Assembly: GCA_015680685.1 (NCBI GenBank) | Contig: MNCI01001832.1 | Span: forward strand, 5,404 to 69,403 | DNA: 64,000 nucleotides | Direction: 5' to 3' | Origin: Gnetum montanum | Taxonomy: Eukaryota > Plantae > Gnetophyta | Shown here: piece after piece, positions 13,601 through 27,400 of the stretch | Layout: each line of letters starts with the position of its first letter | How positions within the stretch are numbered: position 1 is the first letter of the stretch | Translations under genes and position numbers: made by a program | Notes under the pieces: generated by a model | The model's input: only the letters and a program-made list of their open reading frames with translations | Databases searched by the model: none | Told to the model about the DNA's origin: nothing

Positions 13601-13880
13601 TTATGCTAGAATCCCATGCATGTACCTCAGTGTACTAAATTCCAAACACTATGGAAAGGACATTATATCATTCATACAACTTTTCCTTTTGATGACATGA
13701 CAATTTTCCATCCTCCAAGCCCAAAGAAATGACTGATGATCAACATATAATATGTAAAACCTTTCCTAGATCCTCATGTAACCAGTAACACTAACACCTC
13801 AACATATGCGCAAACATGCTCTATTTTTCAGATCTCCTCCTCTCAACTAAATTGTGGGGGAGATGGCCATCCATGCTAAC
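10647..13880 (+). pseudogene. pol: Element A pol: RT, RNaseH, integrase (degenerate)
   Basis: RT: LELKALPTNLEYAYL, DWISP, FGLCNAPTTF, VEVFMNNFS (degenerate FMDD). RNaseH: FHIIMDAPNYVLGVVL, NYTTT.KEL. Integrase: YYTKWA, DNGNHF, YHP.ANGQA.VTNRE. Confidence 0.92.
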
Positions 13881-15830
13881 ATCTTGTGAGGACTAACTCA
13901 TTTTTCACTTTTGTATTTTACACTATTCTTCATTTTTTTTATTTTTCTTAACTATTTTATCAATTATTTTCTATATTTTTCCTTTTCTTCTTTTATCTTC
14001 TATCTTTCTTTTTAGCATTTTTATCATATTTTATAGGGAATCTTCTGATTTTCCATTACTTTTGTTATACTAGAAGTTAAAGAATGTGAAAATTAATGAA
14101 ATGATTGATCTACTAAGTGGAAAAATTAATTTCTATATTTGGATTATGGCCTCTATTAACAAGTTGTCAATTTTCTCATGGTTGTAGACAGTGGAATCAC
14201 GACATTCATCCATTCCATCCATTTTATAGACGCTCTGTATCTTGGAAGCATAAGCTCCTTTTAATTGAAACTAAAAGTAACTAATGATCTAGCTACTTAA
14301 TAGACCTTAAAAGAAAAAAGAAGGAATGAGAAATGATATGGCTTCAAGGGGACTTGTCATTTTCTTTTCCAGCTTCTTTCTCAAGTTGTATGATTCTTCT
14401 CCACTAGTATCTCACCACTTGTATTGTTGAACAATAAAGGAAGCATGTCTTTGGATAGTGTGGTTTCCATTAAAACAAACACATAGGAATTCAAAGCATA
14501 TCCCTTAGACACAATAATGAGCTACAAACATTGGTTATGAGGTTGGAAAGACATGTTACCCATGCTTGAAGGAAGCCCTCTAACTAAGGTCCTTCTTATC
14601 TTCCTTGTCTTTTTTTCATCTCTTGGAGTGGTGGTTGTTCTGAGGGAATTTTCATGAACTCTTGATGGTCAAAGGGTTATGATATGGCAACATAAATTCA
14701 TTGAAAGTGGATGGACTTGGTCTCAACTGAGGCTGAGATGTTATCAGATTACCGTAATTGCACACTTCACAAGGATTCATGTGATAACAATAAGAATTTC
14801 TAACCATTTTCTCTCTCTACCTTCATTCATGACCCATGAAACACCATTCCACTACCCAATATCATGCTTATTTGGCATTTTTTTTATGCAAATCTCATAA
14901 TCTTGTGACATTTACTCCATTGTGTATGAGTTTTAACTTGAAATGACCATTCATCATCCTTAGTGCCAATGGACTCCTCAGGATGAGGGTATGTAAGTGC
15001 ATCAGAGGCATATGAATGCTTTGCAAAGGATGCACTTTCATTTTTGTTAATCTCCATTAAGTTAAAATTCCTATTCATCAGCCAATTGCATGATTGATCT
15101 CCCCTGATTGCATTCAAACATCCAAATTTGCTTAATTTTGGCATGTCAAATTCATTCCAACCTACTCAAACTCCTTTTTCCAAGCCAACATTTTTCTCTT
15201 CCATGTTGTTGCCATCATCCTATGTTTTTTTGACTTCCATTAGGCTCTTATTTCATTCTCAAACTTGTCTAAAATTCCTCATTTTCCAAATGCAAAAGTT
15301 GTTGCGAACAACTACATCAACATAGTGGGATGAGTTGACGTAGCCCCATCGATGCATCCTGGTTGACATGCCACAAAAATACTATAAATATGCATGATAC
15401 TTAGGTATTTTTGCATCATTTCTCATAGAAGAAAGAGGATTTTTAAAATTTTTTAGGGTCAAAGAACCTTTAATGAGCTATAACTCTCAAAGCGCTAACT
15501 CAATTTAGCCTATTTTTCAATCCTCACACTTCCATAGGTAAGCTCTATGTTGTGGAGGATATAAATCTTTGGTTTATGGTAGAAATTTTTTGAAAATGTT
15601 TTCAACTCCCCATGATCAACCTATTAAGATGATATTAAAAATTAACTACCATAAAGGATGAAGACCATCACATAAACTCTGATAGCTAATAAATAAAATA
15701 ATATTTAAATAATCCAACTAGCCAAGATCACAAACAAGACCAAACATATCCTAATCTAATGAGAAAGATATAATAATATCTAAGGGTTATGAAGTAAAAA
15801 GAAAATCATGGGTTAAATTTACGATCAAAG

Positions 15831-18583
15831 ATGGCACCAAAATGATGATCATAGGTGGAAGGACCCTCATAGCCTAGGGAGCAACAACCAAGAGGGGGAA
15901 GGTACCAATAGCAATAGCCACAATAGACCAAAGAACAAGCACTAGAGGCAATCCATGCCAATGAATCCCTTTAGGAGAAGCTTGAAGTAGAATCTATTTA
16001 CTAGATTTCTACTACTAAAATAGGCCAATCTAGGGCAAGCCCTAGCTTGGAGGTCACTTTTACCAAGGCTTTCCTAGAAAAGATAAGAACCAAGGAGGTC
16101 TAGAATTCAATTCTTCAAGAGTTAAACTTTAGATCCTTCTTAGAGCTAATGCTAGAGGAGGTCCATACACAATTATAGGAGTCTCCCATATGGCCCATTC
16201 TTTCTAATAGTGGATAATGGTACATGAGAGAGCCCTACTTATTCTGGAACAACCAACAAGAAGATGTTTTTGTAAAAATTAAGAACATCACCATCTCTTA
16301 CTTAGTTGAGGCAATTACTAAGACCCTTGGGTTGTTGAATATGAGGGCCAAGTTGGTTGAATTCTCCACACAAGTGGATCCTAAATTTAAGAAAGAATGG
16401 ATCTAGGAATGCTATGGAGTGGATCACAAAGAGTATGATACCCTTACAAAGATGGAGCATGCATATTTTAAGATTGTGATATATCACCTAAATCCAATAG
16501 TGAGGCCTAGTAAGGTGAAAGTCTTTTCTACCTAGGCATGCACTACTCTAAGCAAAAAATTCCTAGTCAACCTTTCCTAACTCATTTATCTAGAGATTGA
16601 AAGATGATTCAAGAAAAATGAGAAGGGAAGAAAGACATTCCCCTTCCCATGTCTAATTCACAAACTGTGAAAGAGGGGAGGAATAGCATGCTATTCCAAT
16701 GACATTATCCATCATGCTCCTACTGGATCTTAGTAGGAGATGATAAAAGATAAGGTAGCAACCAAGCTACAAGAAAAGAAGCAACCACCGCCACCACTTG
16801 AAGTCATACTAGAACTGATCTTAACTATAGAACATATTAGAAATCTTTGAGAGTAGTAGCTATAGTAATAGCAAGGCTTTCTAGGTGATGAAGAATCATC
16901 AGTGTACTCTCCAACCATGAGCCATCTAAATGAAGTTGTAAGAACCATCAACTCGCTAGATAGTGAGACTGTCCCATTATTCTGTACTTAGAGGAACCAG
17001 GTGTCAACAAGGACCAATCCTAATGAAAGGAAGGTCATGATATCGATTCCAAGATAATAATTTCTTTAAATCTTAGAAAATGTTGCAGCCTTCTCTATCA
17101 TGTTCGAGGAAGGTAATGGTTAACATGATGGCTAAATCCATAAATGCTCTTCTAACATCAATGTTTGACATTTCTATCATGGCAAACATCCATGCATCCA
17201 TAGGATTAGGGAGTAGTCAATTGAGCACTACCCAACATGAGAAGCTATTGGAACAGTTGGATGGAATTGGGTAACCACTTCCAAAAATCTTTGATCTCCT
17301 AAATGAAATAACCACAAACTAGTCATGGTTTCTCAAGATGAGGGGTAGATTGCTAATTGCTAGTATGCAACTAAAGGAAACCATGGTTTCTAATTGATGG
17401 TTGGCTACCAAAGTTGTAAAGTTGCATATCCATCTCTCTAACCCTACAATTCTTGGGCCAAATCTTTCTAATAACTTTAGCTAAGACTTCAAGAGGTTGA
17501 AAATGTAAAGGAGGTAACTATCTTTGATGAATCCTTAACAAAAGCCATGGCCTTCAACACTAACAAGGACCTATTACAAGTATGAAAGGAAAACTTGACC
17601 CTCACAAAGGATAATCATCACCTACAAAGTCTTGAGTACCAAAAGGACCAGATGGTTGAATTAATATGCTAGAAGTAGGAGTAGCTCACTAAGGTGAACC
17701 TAGATTTGATAAGGTTTACTACTAAAAATTGTAATCTCTCAATGAAGAAAGTTCATGCCCTTTACCAGAAAATTTTCATTAAGGTGGCTACCTATAAAAA
17801 TGAATCCTTGAAATTTGGATGAGTGGAGAATCACTACAAGGATCAAGTTAGGATCCTTAATGAAGTTAATGAAAAATAAATTCAATTGGTGGAGATGAAA
17901 ATGAATAAAGCCCTTCACAACTTCAATAAAGAGATGGCATGTGGTAGCTCATCTTTGATGGACCGAATGCATTCAATAAAGCTAAAATCCATCTTAAGGT
18001 GTTGCAAATCAAAGAGATGAATGAATACATGAATCTTGCCAACCTTTGGTATGCAAACTTAATAATGATGTTAATAACAAGGAGGCCAAGGAGTGAATTG
18101 AAAAAGTAGATGGCCAATTCCTATCTTCTTTATAAGGAAAAATTTAAGCTTCATAAGGAAACAAATAAAAAGTTGGAGATAGACAACACAAAGCTTGAAG
18201 TTCTTAGAAGTAGATTCATGGATTAGTGATCTGTTGTTAAGAACTTGACTAGGAAAATGAATGATTACCATGAGCTATAGAACCTAGTAAAGACATTTGA
18301 CATTGAACATAAAACCTTTGCAGCCTAGCTTGTCAACATAAAGGAGATTTTTCCTTTAATGTCGTACCCATGGGATGTCCTAGCACTAGCTCACATTGAT
18401 GAAGCTACATGAACTATATATGATTCACATTGCAAAGAATAGAAAATGAAAGCACTTCTAGATGCTTTCATGCTTGCAGCAAAAGTAGTGATAGCAATAG
18501 GTCAATCTCAACCTCCACTAGTACTAGGATGGGACAAGGGACCTTTAGCACCATAGGACCCTCCACCTCTAGGCACTAATTAA
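15831..18583 (+). pseudogene. Element A extra (Athila env-like / Transposase_32-like) ORF, ~900 codons, degenerate, with a coiled-coil-like C-terminal half
   Basis: Starts MAPK**S*VEGPS (stops consistent with C>T from CGA/CAG). Motifs MREPY..VFVKIKNITISY..AITKTLGL and KTFPFPCLIHKL. Lies between pol and the PPT. Confidence 0.7.
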
Positions 18584-18817
18584 AACTTCATCGTGTCTTT
18601 AACAATCCTATAGGCACCTAGTACAATTTTTATAAAGTGTCCAATTCTATTATAATGGATACTAATTTTTGTAATTCTATACAATCTGGCACTTAGAGTT
18701 AGATAAGAGTCTATTTTTCTATCTTTCTCTTAATAAATTCTATACCTTATAATTTTGTTAGAAACTTGATCCTAACTTTCTTCACTCAAGGATAAGTTTT
18801 TAGTCAGTTATGGGATA

Positions 18818-19625
18818 TAATAAAATATTAATAAGATACCATCAATGTATCCTCATGGATGCATGATAGAATGCATTGACATAGATATGTCAACATTAAT
18901 GTAATCATTACCTATATAAATGCATGTATCCCCTACATTTATGACATCTTTCAATTATAGCCTTAGCCAAACTCTTTTAATTTCCTTTCCCTAGAGTTAG
19001 AATATTTTCTCTCCAAGTACCTATAGCAAGAATCTATGAGATTGTATAGAGTTTTATTTGAGTGTCTATGTAGCTAAATGCATTGGCATGAATAGTTATA
19101 AAATTGAGATTTTCTACATCCATTGTAGCACTTAGACTAGCTTAATTTTATTTTCTTGCATTTTACTTTTTATGCATTTTACATTAATATTTTTAATTAG
19201 TTAATATAATTAATCATAAACATGAGTACAACCACTTTGACAATAAAGAGTTAATGCTTGGTAACCCTAATAGTGGATATTTAGTATGCCTAGTAATAGC
19301 CACATGATAACCCAGTAGTGTTAACACTAGTTTAGGATGTGTACGACAAGTGGGAATGGTTACTCCCATGTTAGGATAAGTTAATTAATAGGCTAGTTAA
19401 TCAAATTAGACATTTAATTACTCAACCTTTACTCAGTTATCTAGCTGATAGGAGAAAAATATAAAAATATATATCTTATGCCTTAACTCATACTTAATCA
19501 TATGTATAGATTCACTCTTATAGATATTGGCCACAAGGGTAACTAGGTTTACTAAATTCAATTGGATTGCTAGTGAACACTTGTGATACATATGGTCAAG
19601 TGTAAGAGATACCCAACTATTCATA
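18818..19625 (+). repeat. Element A 3' LTR (LTR family X)
   Basis: Follows the PPT-like TTAGTCAGTTATGGGATA; TATA at ~18912. Homologous to 22331-23169, and its end resembles the family terminus ...CACTCATCA. Confidence 0.75.
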
Positions 19626-20960
19626 AAAAAATCTAAAGGATGTTGCTATAGATTGTGCATCTTCAATGGTAGGTTGTAAAAAGGGTTTTGTTAGTTACAT
19701 AAAAAGAAAATGTTCAAATTTGATTTCTATTCTTTGTGTAGCTCATAGAGACACAATGGCAATAGCTTATGCTTCAAAAAATATTATAGAATTATTTCTT
19801 GAAGAAAAGGTTGCAAACTTAATATACTTTTGGTTTCAACAATCCTTAAAAAGAACAAATGAGCTATCAGAATTGCTAAAGATTATGTAATTAGATATAT
19901 TAGAAGTCTTACAAATTCACTCTGTAATATGGATATCAAGGGGAGAAGTGATGGTTCGATTAGTTAAGCTTATGCCTAATCTTTTCAATTTATGGAAGAA
20001 GAACAAAAAGCTATGCAAAATGATTAGAAATTATTCTTTTTAATGTTGTCTTCATATGCTTGTTGATGTATTATCAAAACTAAACAAATTGAATAGCATG
20101 CTTCAAGAAGAGTGTCTTGATATAACTACTCTTGGTTTCAAACTAGAAATGACAATTAATGCATTAAAAAGATCATTTATTGAGAAGAATAAATTTGCTA
20201 TTGATACATTATATCCTTCAAAGTTCTTGAATGATTCTAAACATGGATTTATCTTGATTAAGAATGATGAAAATATAATTGACAAACATGAGTTAATTTA
20301 TTGTGAGCTTACAATGAATGATGTTAAGTCACCAAAAATTAATAGAGAGAACATGAAGAACTTTGTGAAAGGTGATTTAGAAAGTTATAAAAATTTAGCT
20401 ATTTATCATGTTTCATCTATTGTTGATTCTTTAAACAATATATTTCCATATCTTTCTTTGTTTAATTCAACGAAACTGTTTAGCCCATCTTGTTATCCAA
20501 GCTATAAAAATGAAAGGAAGAACAAAAAAAAGTGAATGATTAGATAGACTATTTACATATGTGTAAAAATTCCAAGATGAAATTAGTGATGCCTCTTATT
20601 ATGATGGCTTTAAAAAAGATTTATCAACATTTGTTCATCCATTATATGATGCTTGTGGAGATTTTGGAATGACTAATAAATGAAAAATATTTCAAAATAA
20701 TAAAATTTAACATCCAAAATATCCATATCTTACAAAATTATGGCAAAGCATTATGACTATTCCAGCTAGCATAGTTGATTGTGAAAGGGAACATTCTAAG
20801 CAAAATATTATTAAGGATATTACAAGAACAACATTGAGTATTGAAACTCTTGATGCTCTAATGAGGATATCATTAATAGGACCATAATTATCTACCATAG
20901 ACTAGAAAGCTATATACAAAATTTGAAACGATAAGAAAAAATGAAGAAACATTGAATTGT
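19626..20960 (+). pseudogene. hAT transposase, 3' part (ZNF862-like), including the C-terminal dimerisation domain
   Basis: AIDCASSMVGCKKG, ISILCVAHR, WISRGEV and YPYLTKLWQSIMTIPASIVDCERE.SKQNIIK...LDALMRISL. A candidate 3' TIR, AATTTCCAAGCCTG, ends at 21462. Confidence 0.88.
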
Positions 20961-22330
20961 GAGCTTGATAAGCATACTTGTATTTTTATCTTTTTATTTA
21001 TACATTTGCATATATATAACATATCACTTCCTATTATTGTTTGTAGGTTTGCAAGTTTTCTTAGAGGGAGGTAATATGGATCAAGAGTAAAAATATTTTA
21101 GTTATATTTTACTAATCATGTAGTATTTTTGTAAAAAGAAAGGATAATGCTATGTAAACTAAAACTTGCATTCTGTAATATGAAGCATATTGCTTTTTTT
21201 AATTTGTAGTAAAGAAATATTTTACTTAAAAATATTTTGAATGTGCTATTATTTATACTTGACATACAATTTTAATTTTAATTTTCTATTCAATATAGTA
21301 GCAAATTTTACTTGAATTTTTATCATAAAATTATTTATTTTAATGTTATATTATCCTACCATTAATATTTTGAAGGTTTTGTATTTATACATTTTTAAGA
21401 TGATATAAAATATATTCTAGAAATTAATATACATGAAATAGTATTATGAATTTCCAAGCCTGTAGGATCATCTCAAACTTTCTTTATACACACCAAAGAA
21501 ATAAATAATTTGTTGCTTTAACACCACAAATTCAAAGCACAATAAAACTTGATAGGAAGTGAGAGAGGAGGTGAGTGGGTGATTAATGTTGATGTCATTG
21601 AGAGAGATAATTAAAATGATCTAAGTAAGGATAAAGTTTTACTTTTTATTTTTCACCTTGCATACAAAGTTATTAATTTTATTGAAATAGATTAATTGAG
21701 TTTTAATGCTTATAAATAAGTTGAACAAGTTTTTTTAAAAAAAATTAAATCTTAAATACAAACCAATCCATTTTAACTTTAATACTATAATAAAGATGCA
21801 CTGGTATATGGTTGCTCAAGGAGTTATGAACATTCGTAGATAGTTGGTCAAGGAGTTATGAGTACAAGTGATCATATATGAATAATAAAACACACTAAAA
21901 ATATGTATAGTAGTAACATGCACATTTACCTTAGAAAAAACTCATGGTAAAAACCTTAGTAAAACTAGCTTAGGCATTGTTACTAATACTATTACAAACT
22001 TGTATCTTAGATAGAATTATAGAGTAAGACTCACTTGAGAAATAGAACTAGCTAGAGGAATAAACATAATGAGAAAGGAATAATGCTTAGGAATATGAAA
22101 AACCAATGAAGGAAAATATAATCTACCTTTCATATAACCTTGCATACCTATGTATACTATTGGGTAAATAAGGTACCTATTTATAACATTGGTAAACAAG
22201 AGTAGATAGTGTAAACTAGGTATAGATTGGATGTTAATAATAATATTAGAACTAGTGTATAAAAACAATTTAGATAAATTATTCCTAAACACATGTAGTT
22301 AAATAATAAGCACTACAATATATGACAAAT

Positions 22331-24411
22331 TGATAAACATTCATTTATTCGATCATGCTAATGTAGTAGTGTCGACACATCAATGTCAACATAGTCCTTG
22401 CTTCATCAATGAATAAATGTTGATGTAAGAAAAATAAATAGCTATATAAATGTGCATACCCATCACATTTATTGCACCATTTGATCATTCCCTTAGCTAC
22501 ACTCTTGCAATTTTATTTTGTGAAAGTTAGAATCTCTCTACCAAGTGCCTACAATGTGTATTAAATAGATTATCTAGAATTTTATTTGAGTAGTTAATGT
22601 AGCTACACACATAAGCATGGTAGCAATAAATTAAGATCTATTCTATTCATTGTATCACTTAGCTTACCATTTTAATTTATTTTTCTTACAAATTACTTTA
22701 AATGTTCTATAAATGTATGCACTTATTTAAATAATTTTAATTCAGTGTACTTTAAGTAAATGTGCATGAGTACGACTAACTTTGAACATAAATGTATTAA
22801 TGTATGGTAATCAGAGTAGTGACACTTCGTACACCCAGTAGTGGACACATGGTAACCTAGTGATGTTAATACATGTTCCTAATGTGTATGGCAAGCTAGG
22901 AACAAATGCTCTATTCTTAGGCTAGAATATATTACTTTCTTATACGTAGATTAATTAGATTAATATTTTAATTTTTTTATAATTTTAACTAGAAGCTTCA
23001 ATCATGTGGCCTAATTACACTTAATTATAAAAATAGCCTATAAAAATATGATTGGGAAGAAAATGATCAACAAATTAGCACATAACTATCTAGAACATCC
23101 AACTATTGGATCGTGCATGAATGCTTGTAATTCGTATGATTGGGTGTAGCATTACTTTGATGCTCATCATTGGCATCATTGCAAGGGACTATTGCTAGTG
23201 TTCAAGATAATTATGATTATTCAAGGATTGATGTTGAAATTTGCAATGAATTATTATCTGAAAATACTAATATTTTATTCTAAAGTACACTTATAAATTG
23301 AAAGATATCTTCTTCTCATAGAATAGATTTTCTAATTATACACAATTCAACAAGAGTATATGATAGGACTAATACGAACAGGGAAGATATACCATAACAA
23401 CTAAAGATAGTCTACTAGCATCTAAATCCCTACTATTCAAATTTCACTTTCATCATTTACCAAGATGAACAACAATAATGGAGAGACCTTGAGGGCAACA
23501 TTGTATTATCACTTGTTCATTCATTGCCATCAATGCTTATGGAAACATTAATGAAATTAAAGCTTAAAGTAGCAGCTCCATAGAGTTCCAATTACATAAA
23601 AATTAATTCATGAAGGCTTGCTATCAAGGTTCCAAAGGAAAGGAACTCTTATTTAACTAACATCATAGTAAAAAAAGGAGGATACCAATTACCAATTTGG
23701 TAGATCCTAATGTCAAAATCCTCCACTTCTTAGTGGAGATGACAAGAACCATCCATGGCTACATTCAATCTTGGCAAGCAACTAAGGAAAGGGGACAATA
23801 GGATCTAGAATAAGGACCTCAAGGCCAACATATTCTAGTGAACAATCAAAAGAACATCAAAGGGATCATAGAATGAAAGAAAGTTGACATAACTCTTCTA
23901 GTTATCAATCCCAATTCTATTCGTCCTTATCATCAAGATCTGATGAGGGTAAATGTGGCCAAGATAGGAGGTGAAATGATCATAGATAAGATGGAGATGA
24001 CAAAAGGGACCATCACAAAGATGGTCAAAGAGACGATAGATGTGAGTAGGGAGAAAGACATTATCATGAATGAAGGCAGAATAGGAAATACCAAGGAAGA
24101 CATGATCATGACAAGAACCATGAGGATCATGATAATTATGATGAGCCATTACTTTCTACTATGAGTATGATCAATATTTGAGAGGTAATTTACATTCCTA
24201 ACAAGCATTATAAGGACAATTGAATTAATTGGATAGACATGAAAAACCTCTCTAAGTTTGAAGGAGGCTATAATATAGATCTACATCATCATTTGCAAGC
24301 CTTCCATGATGTATGTGTCTTGGAAAAAATTCAAAAAAATGGATGATGCTAAAGATCTTTCTATGAAAAGTTATTAAAGAAGAAAAATATTGGTTCTAGT
24401 CCTTGAAGCTA
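22331..24411 (+). mobile_element. Truncated Athila-like element B: 5' LTR (22331-23169), PBS (23171-23190), 5' part of gag
   Basis: TGATAAAC...GCTCATCA LTR. PBS TGGCATCATTGCAAGGGACT is a degenerate tRNA-Asp-type TGGCGCCGTTGCCGGGGA. Gag is homologous to C (FEGGYNIDLHHHLQAF) and is cut by the LTR at 24412. Confidence 0.82.
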
Positions 24412-27400
24412 CGATAGGGGTTCTATCAATTTTAGACCAATGGGATTTATCATATAGAATGTAGTGCGATCTTATTATAACTTCAAAGACAATGTTAAGT
24501 GGACTACCAAGAATACTCATGTATATCATTATGTTCAATAAATATAAAAGGGATTATAATACATGTTATATAAATGAAAATCTATGTTTTCATAATGGGA
24601 GATTGAAAAAACTATTTATAATTTCACATTTTGTAATTTTTATGGATTTTATAAATATAAGAATAAAATAAATATGAACACACATGCATTGCAATCCCTC
24701 ATGGGAATAGTTGAAATGCTTGTGTTGCAATCCCTCTACCACATACACAAAATGCAATAGAAAGGATTCTTAGTCATAACCTTGATGGCCTAACATCATA
24801 TGATACAGTCATGATCTCCTTAGACAAGAAATTAATTATCGCAGTTTAATCAAATAGAAAATAAATAAATGTTTTTATTATTTTTATGTTTAAGATATCA
24901 ATGGTAAAATGAGGAAAAATCATAAGCTTTATTAACCATGCAAACGTTGGACTCTGCATCAACCAAATGGTTCTAAGCTACATAAGTAAGGTAGCACTCT
25001 AACAAAGTCTAGCTACACTTGTGAAAACAACGACTTAAAAAACATAGAAGACAAGAAAAAGAATTAACTTAACCAAGGAAGGAAGAGATCTTCATACAAA
25101 TCATACACCACAAGCCCAAATGAAATTGAAGTTATGCATAAGATATGACTAAGTTGTGTGTGAGAGCTTGACCTAGAAATTTATAGTTTTTGGTAGGAAT
25201 GAAGAAGATTTGTCAATTACTATGCATCAATGAAGGCTCATCAATGCAAGCTAAGCCAATCCTAGTTACACTACTAGAAAATAAGGCTAAACAATAGTTG
25301 GAGGGATGCATTGATGTTGGGTAGTTAGCAGATTCTCCCACAATTACACTTTGCCATTTGAATTTGGATGAAAGTTGGAACAAGAGGAATCATGTTGGAA
25401 GGACCAAAGGATATCTAAATAAAGCTAGAATCATCCTAAAGAGATTGGGATCATGCACACAACCTCAAAGTATGATAACAAGAATAATGGATCATCTCAA
25501 GAGATTAATAACCTTAAATAAACATGCTAAACAACAAACACAAGGCACATGAAACACTTCTTAAATCTAGGGATTACAATCAACTTACAAATTGCCACTA
25601 AATGTGTCATCATTCCCTTATGACTGAGTAAAGCTAGTTCCATAGCTTTAAAATCCAAGATACAAAAACAATGACTACACACATGATAAGATTATTGTGG
25701 TGCAATTACAAATGTACAATTTAAAGCATGACTACATTACAATATAAGTCATCTCATCAAGAAATGTTAGGGACTGATGGTAGAGAAGAAAATTCCCCTA
25801 ACATATTGGCATGGAATACGAATAATCTGGAAGGATAGGTCTTTGTTACACATTGTTTGCATCTAAACCTTATTCCTTGTTATCCATCTCTAGATTATCT
25901 CCTGCTATCTTCACTAATCCTCATTTGGAAGATCTTCTAGGACATGCACTTAACCCAAAAGATCAAGGATGTGATTGGATATCTTTAGATTTTTCTCTAG
26001 AGGGTGGTCTCTCATGTACATGTGTTGAATATGGTAATTTATGTTGTTCCTTATCTTCTTTTAGGACCCATGGTCCTATTCCCTAAACATCATGAGTTGT
26101 GAAAATGTTAAAAGTCAAGTAAGATCCCCAAGGTGTTATACTACCATTACAAAACATGACCATAGGAACAATAATAAGTATAACTCTTGTGGGCACAAGA
26201 TAAACATAATCACAACTATGAATTGAAGAAATGCATGGGTAAGTAAAAATAAGGTAGAAATAATTTAAATAATCACAAAAATTACAAAGTACATACTTGA
26301 ATCAATATTTCTCCCCCATGACTAAGTTATAAGAAACTTGGCTTAAACCACCTGAACAATGCAAATGGAAAGAACAAGAAGTAAAAAAATACATAAGAGA
26401 AGTACAAGAATCCAACCAAATATCGAATCAAACAAGCCACAAAAGCAACAAAAAATCAAAACATTAAAATCATATCCTAGATGACATTCAAACTCATGGG
26501 ATTTGAATAATAATATCAAATTTTCTTATTTCCATGATTTAAGAATTATGAAAGAAGGGTTATAAAAATAGAAGATAAATAGAAAACTCCAAGATCAAAT
26601 AAAAATGCATAAGTAAGATAAGGTAAGAATAGTATGTCATGATCAAACCTTGAAGCTTGTAGAGTCAACATTGACACAAATGGAAGACTAATCAAGTGCT
26701 TTAGATAATGTAATCCTCACCATCATTAAGAGATATGCTTTAACTTATTTGTAATGCCAATCCACCAAGGATTCAAAAGTGGATCCTTTCCATAATAGGT
26801 ACCTACCTTTCTTACCCTTGTGAAATCTATTAATGAGATACATGTGGATTTCCAATAACTAGTGAGACATCAGCATCAAACACAAGTCTATCCCCTTGTA
26901 TGATTAAATCTTATCCTTTGCTTCACCTGATCAACTCCCTTCCACATTTGATAATGCACAAAATGGAAATAAAGAGATGGAGAAAAAATGATGAATAAGA
27001 GAGAGAAGATGAGCGAACCATTCAATTAGCTCATGGAAGCATGTTAGCATGTCATACATACCATGAGAGGTCAACTACTACATCCCTTCACTACAACTTG
27101 TCCACATAGTAGAAATGGATCTCCAAGTTTCCTTTCTAGGTTCAAGGTCATGCCTACTACTACCAATGTCATCTAGCATTGATTATTCTACATTCTAAAT
27201 ATTGGTGAAACCAAAAAAAGAAAACATGTTATAGATCATCTAGAAGTTAAGATTCCAATTTGGTTTTCCTCTATCTATGCATGTATGCACAATAGGTTCA
27301 TTGAATTTTGCTTTACCAAAAATCTCTCAGTGATTATTTGGTTGCACTAACTAGTTTCGATCTCAACAATGATTATAATGACATGACCAAGTAATTGAAT

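Larger units (their letters stand above)
2100..19625 (+). mobile_element. Athila-like Ty3/gypsy element A (5' LTR missing; gag-pol, extra ORF, 3' LTR), interrupted by a copia insertion
   Basis: Degenerate gag, protease, RT, RNaseH and integrase in gypsy order, then an extra ORF, a PPT-like sequence (~18800-18817) and a 3' LTR. The reading frame rejoins across the copia TSD as KISMENEFGKVEKK, matching KISKENIYGKIEKK in element C. Confidence 0.9.

Noticed and set aside
21790-22330. Possible copia-type LTR remnant with a TCAAGGAGTTATGA direct repeat
   Set aside because: No partner copy, termini or TSD could be established.
23898-24164. Met/Ile-rich ORFs (also 2324-2638, 38798-39046)
   Set aside because: They are alternative frames of the low-complexity Gag N-terminal tract.
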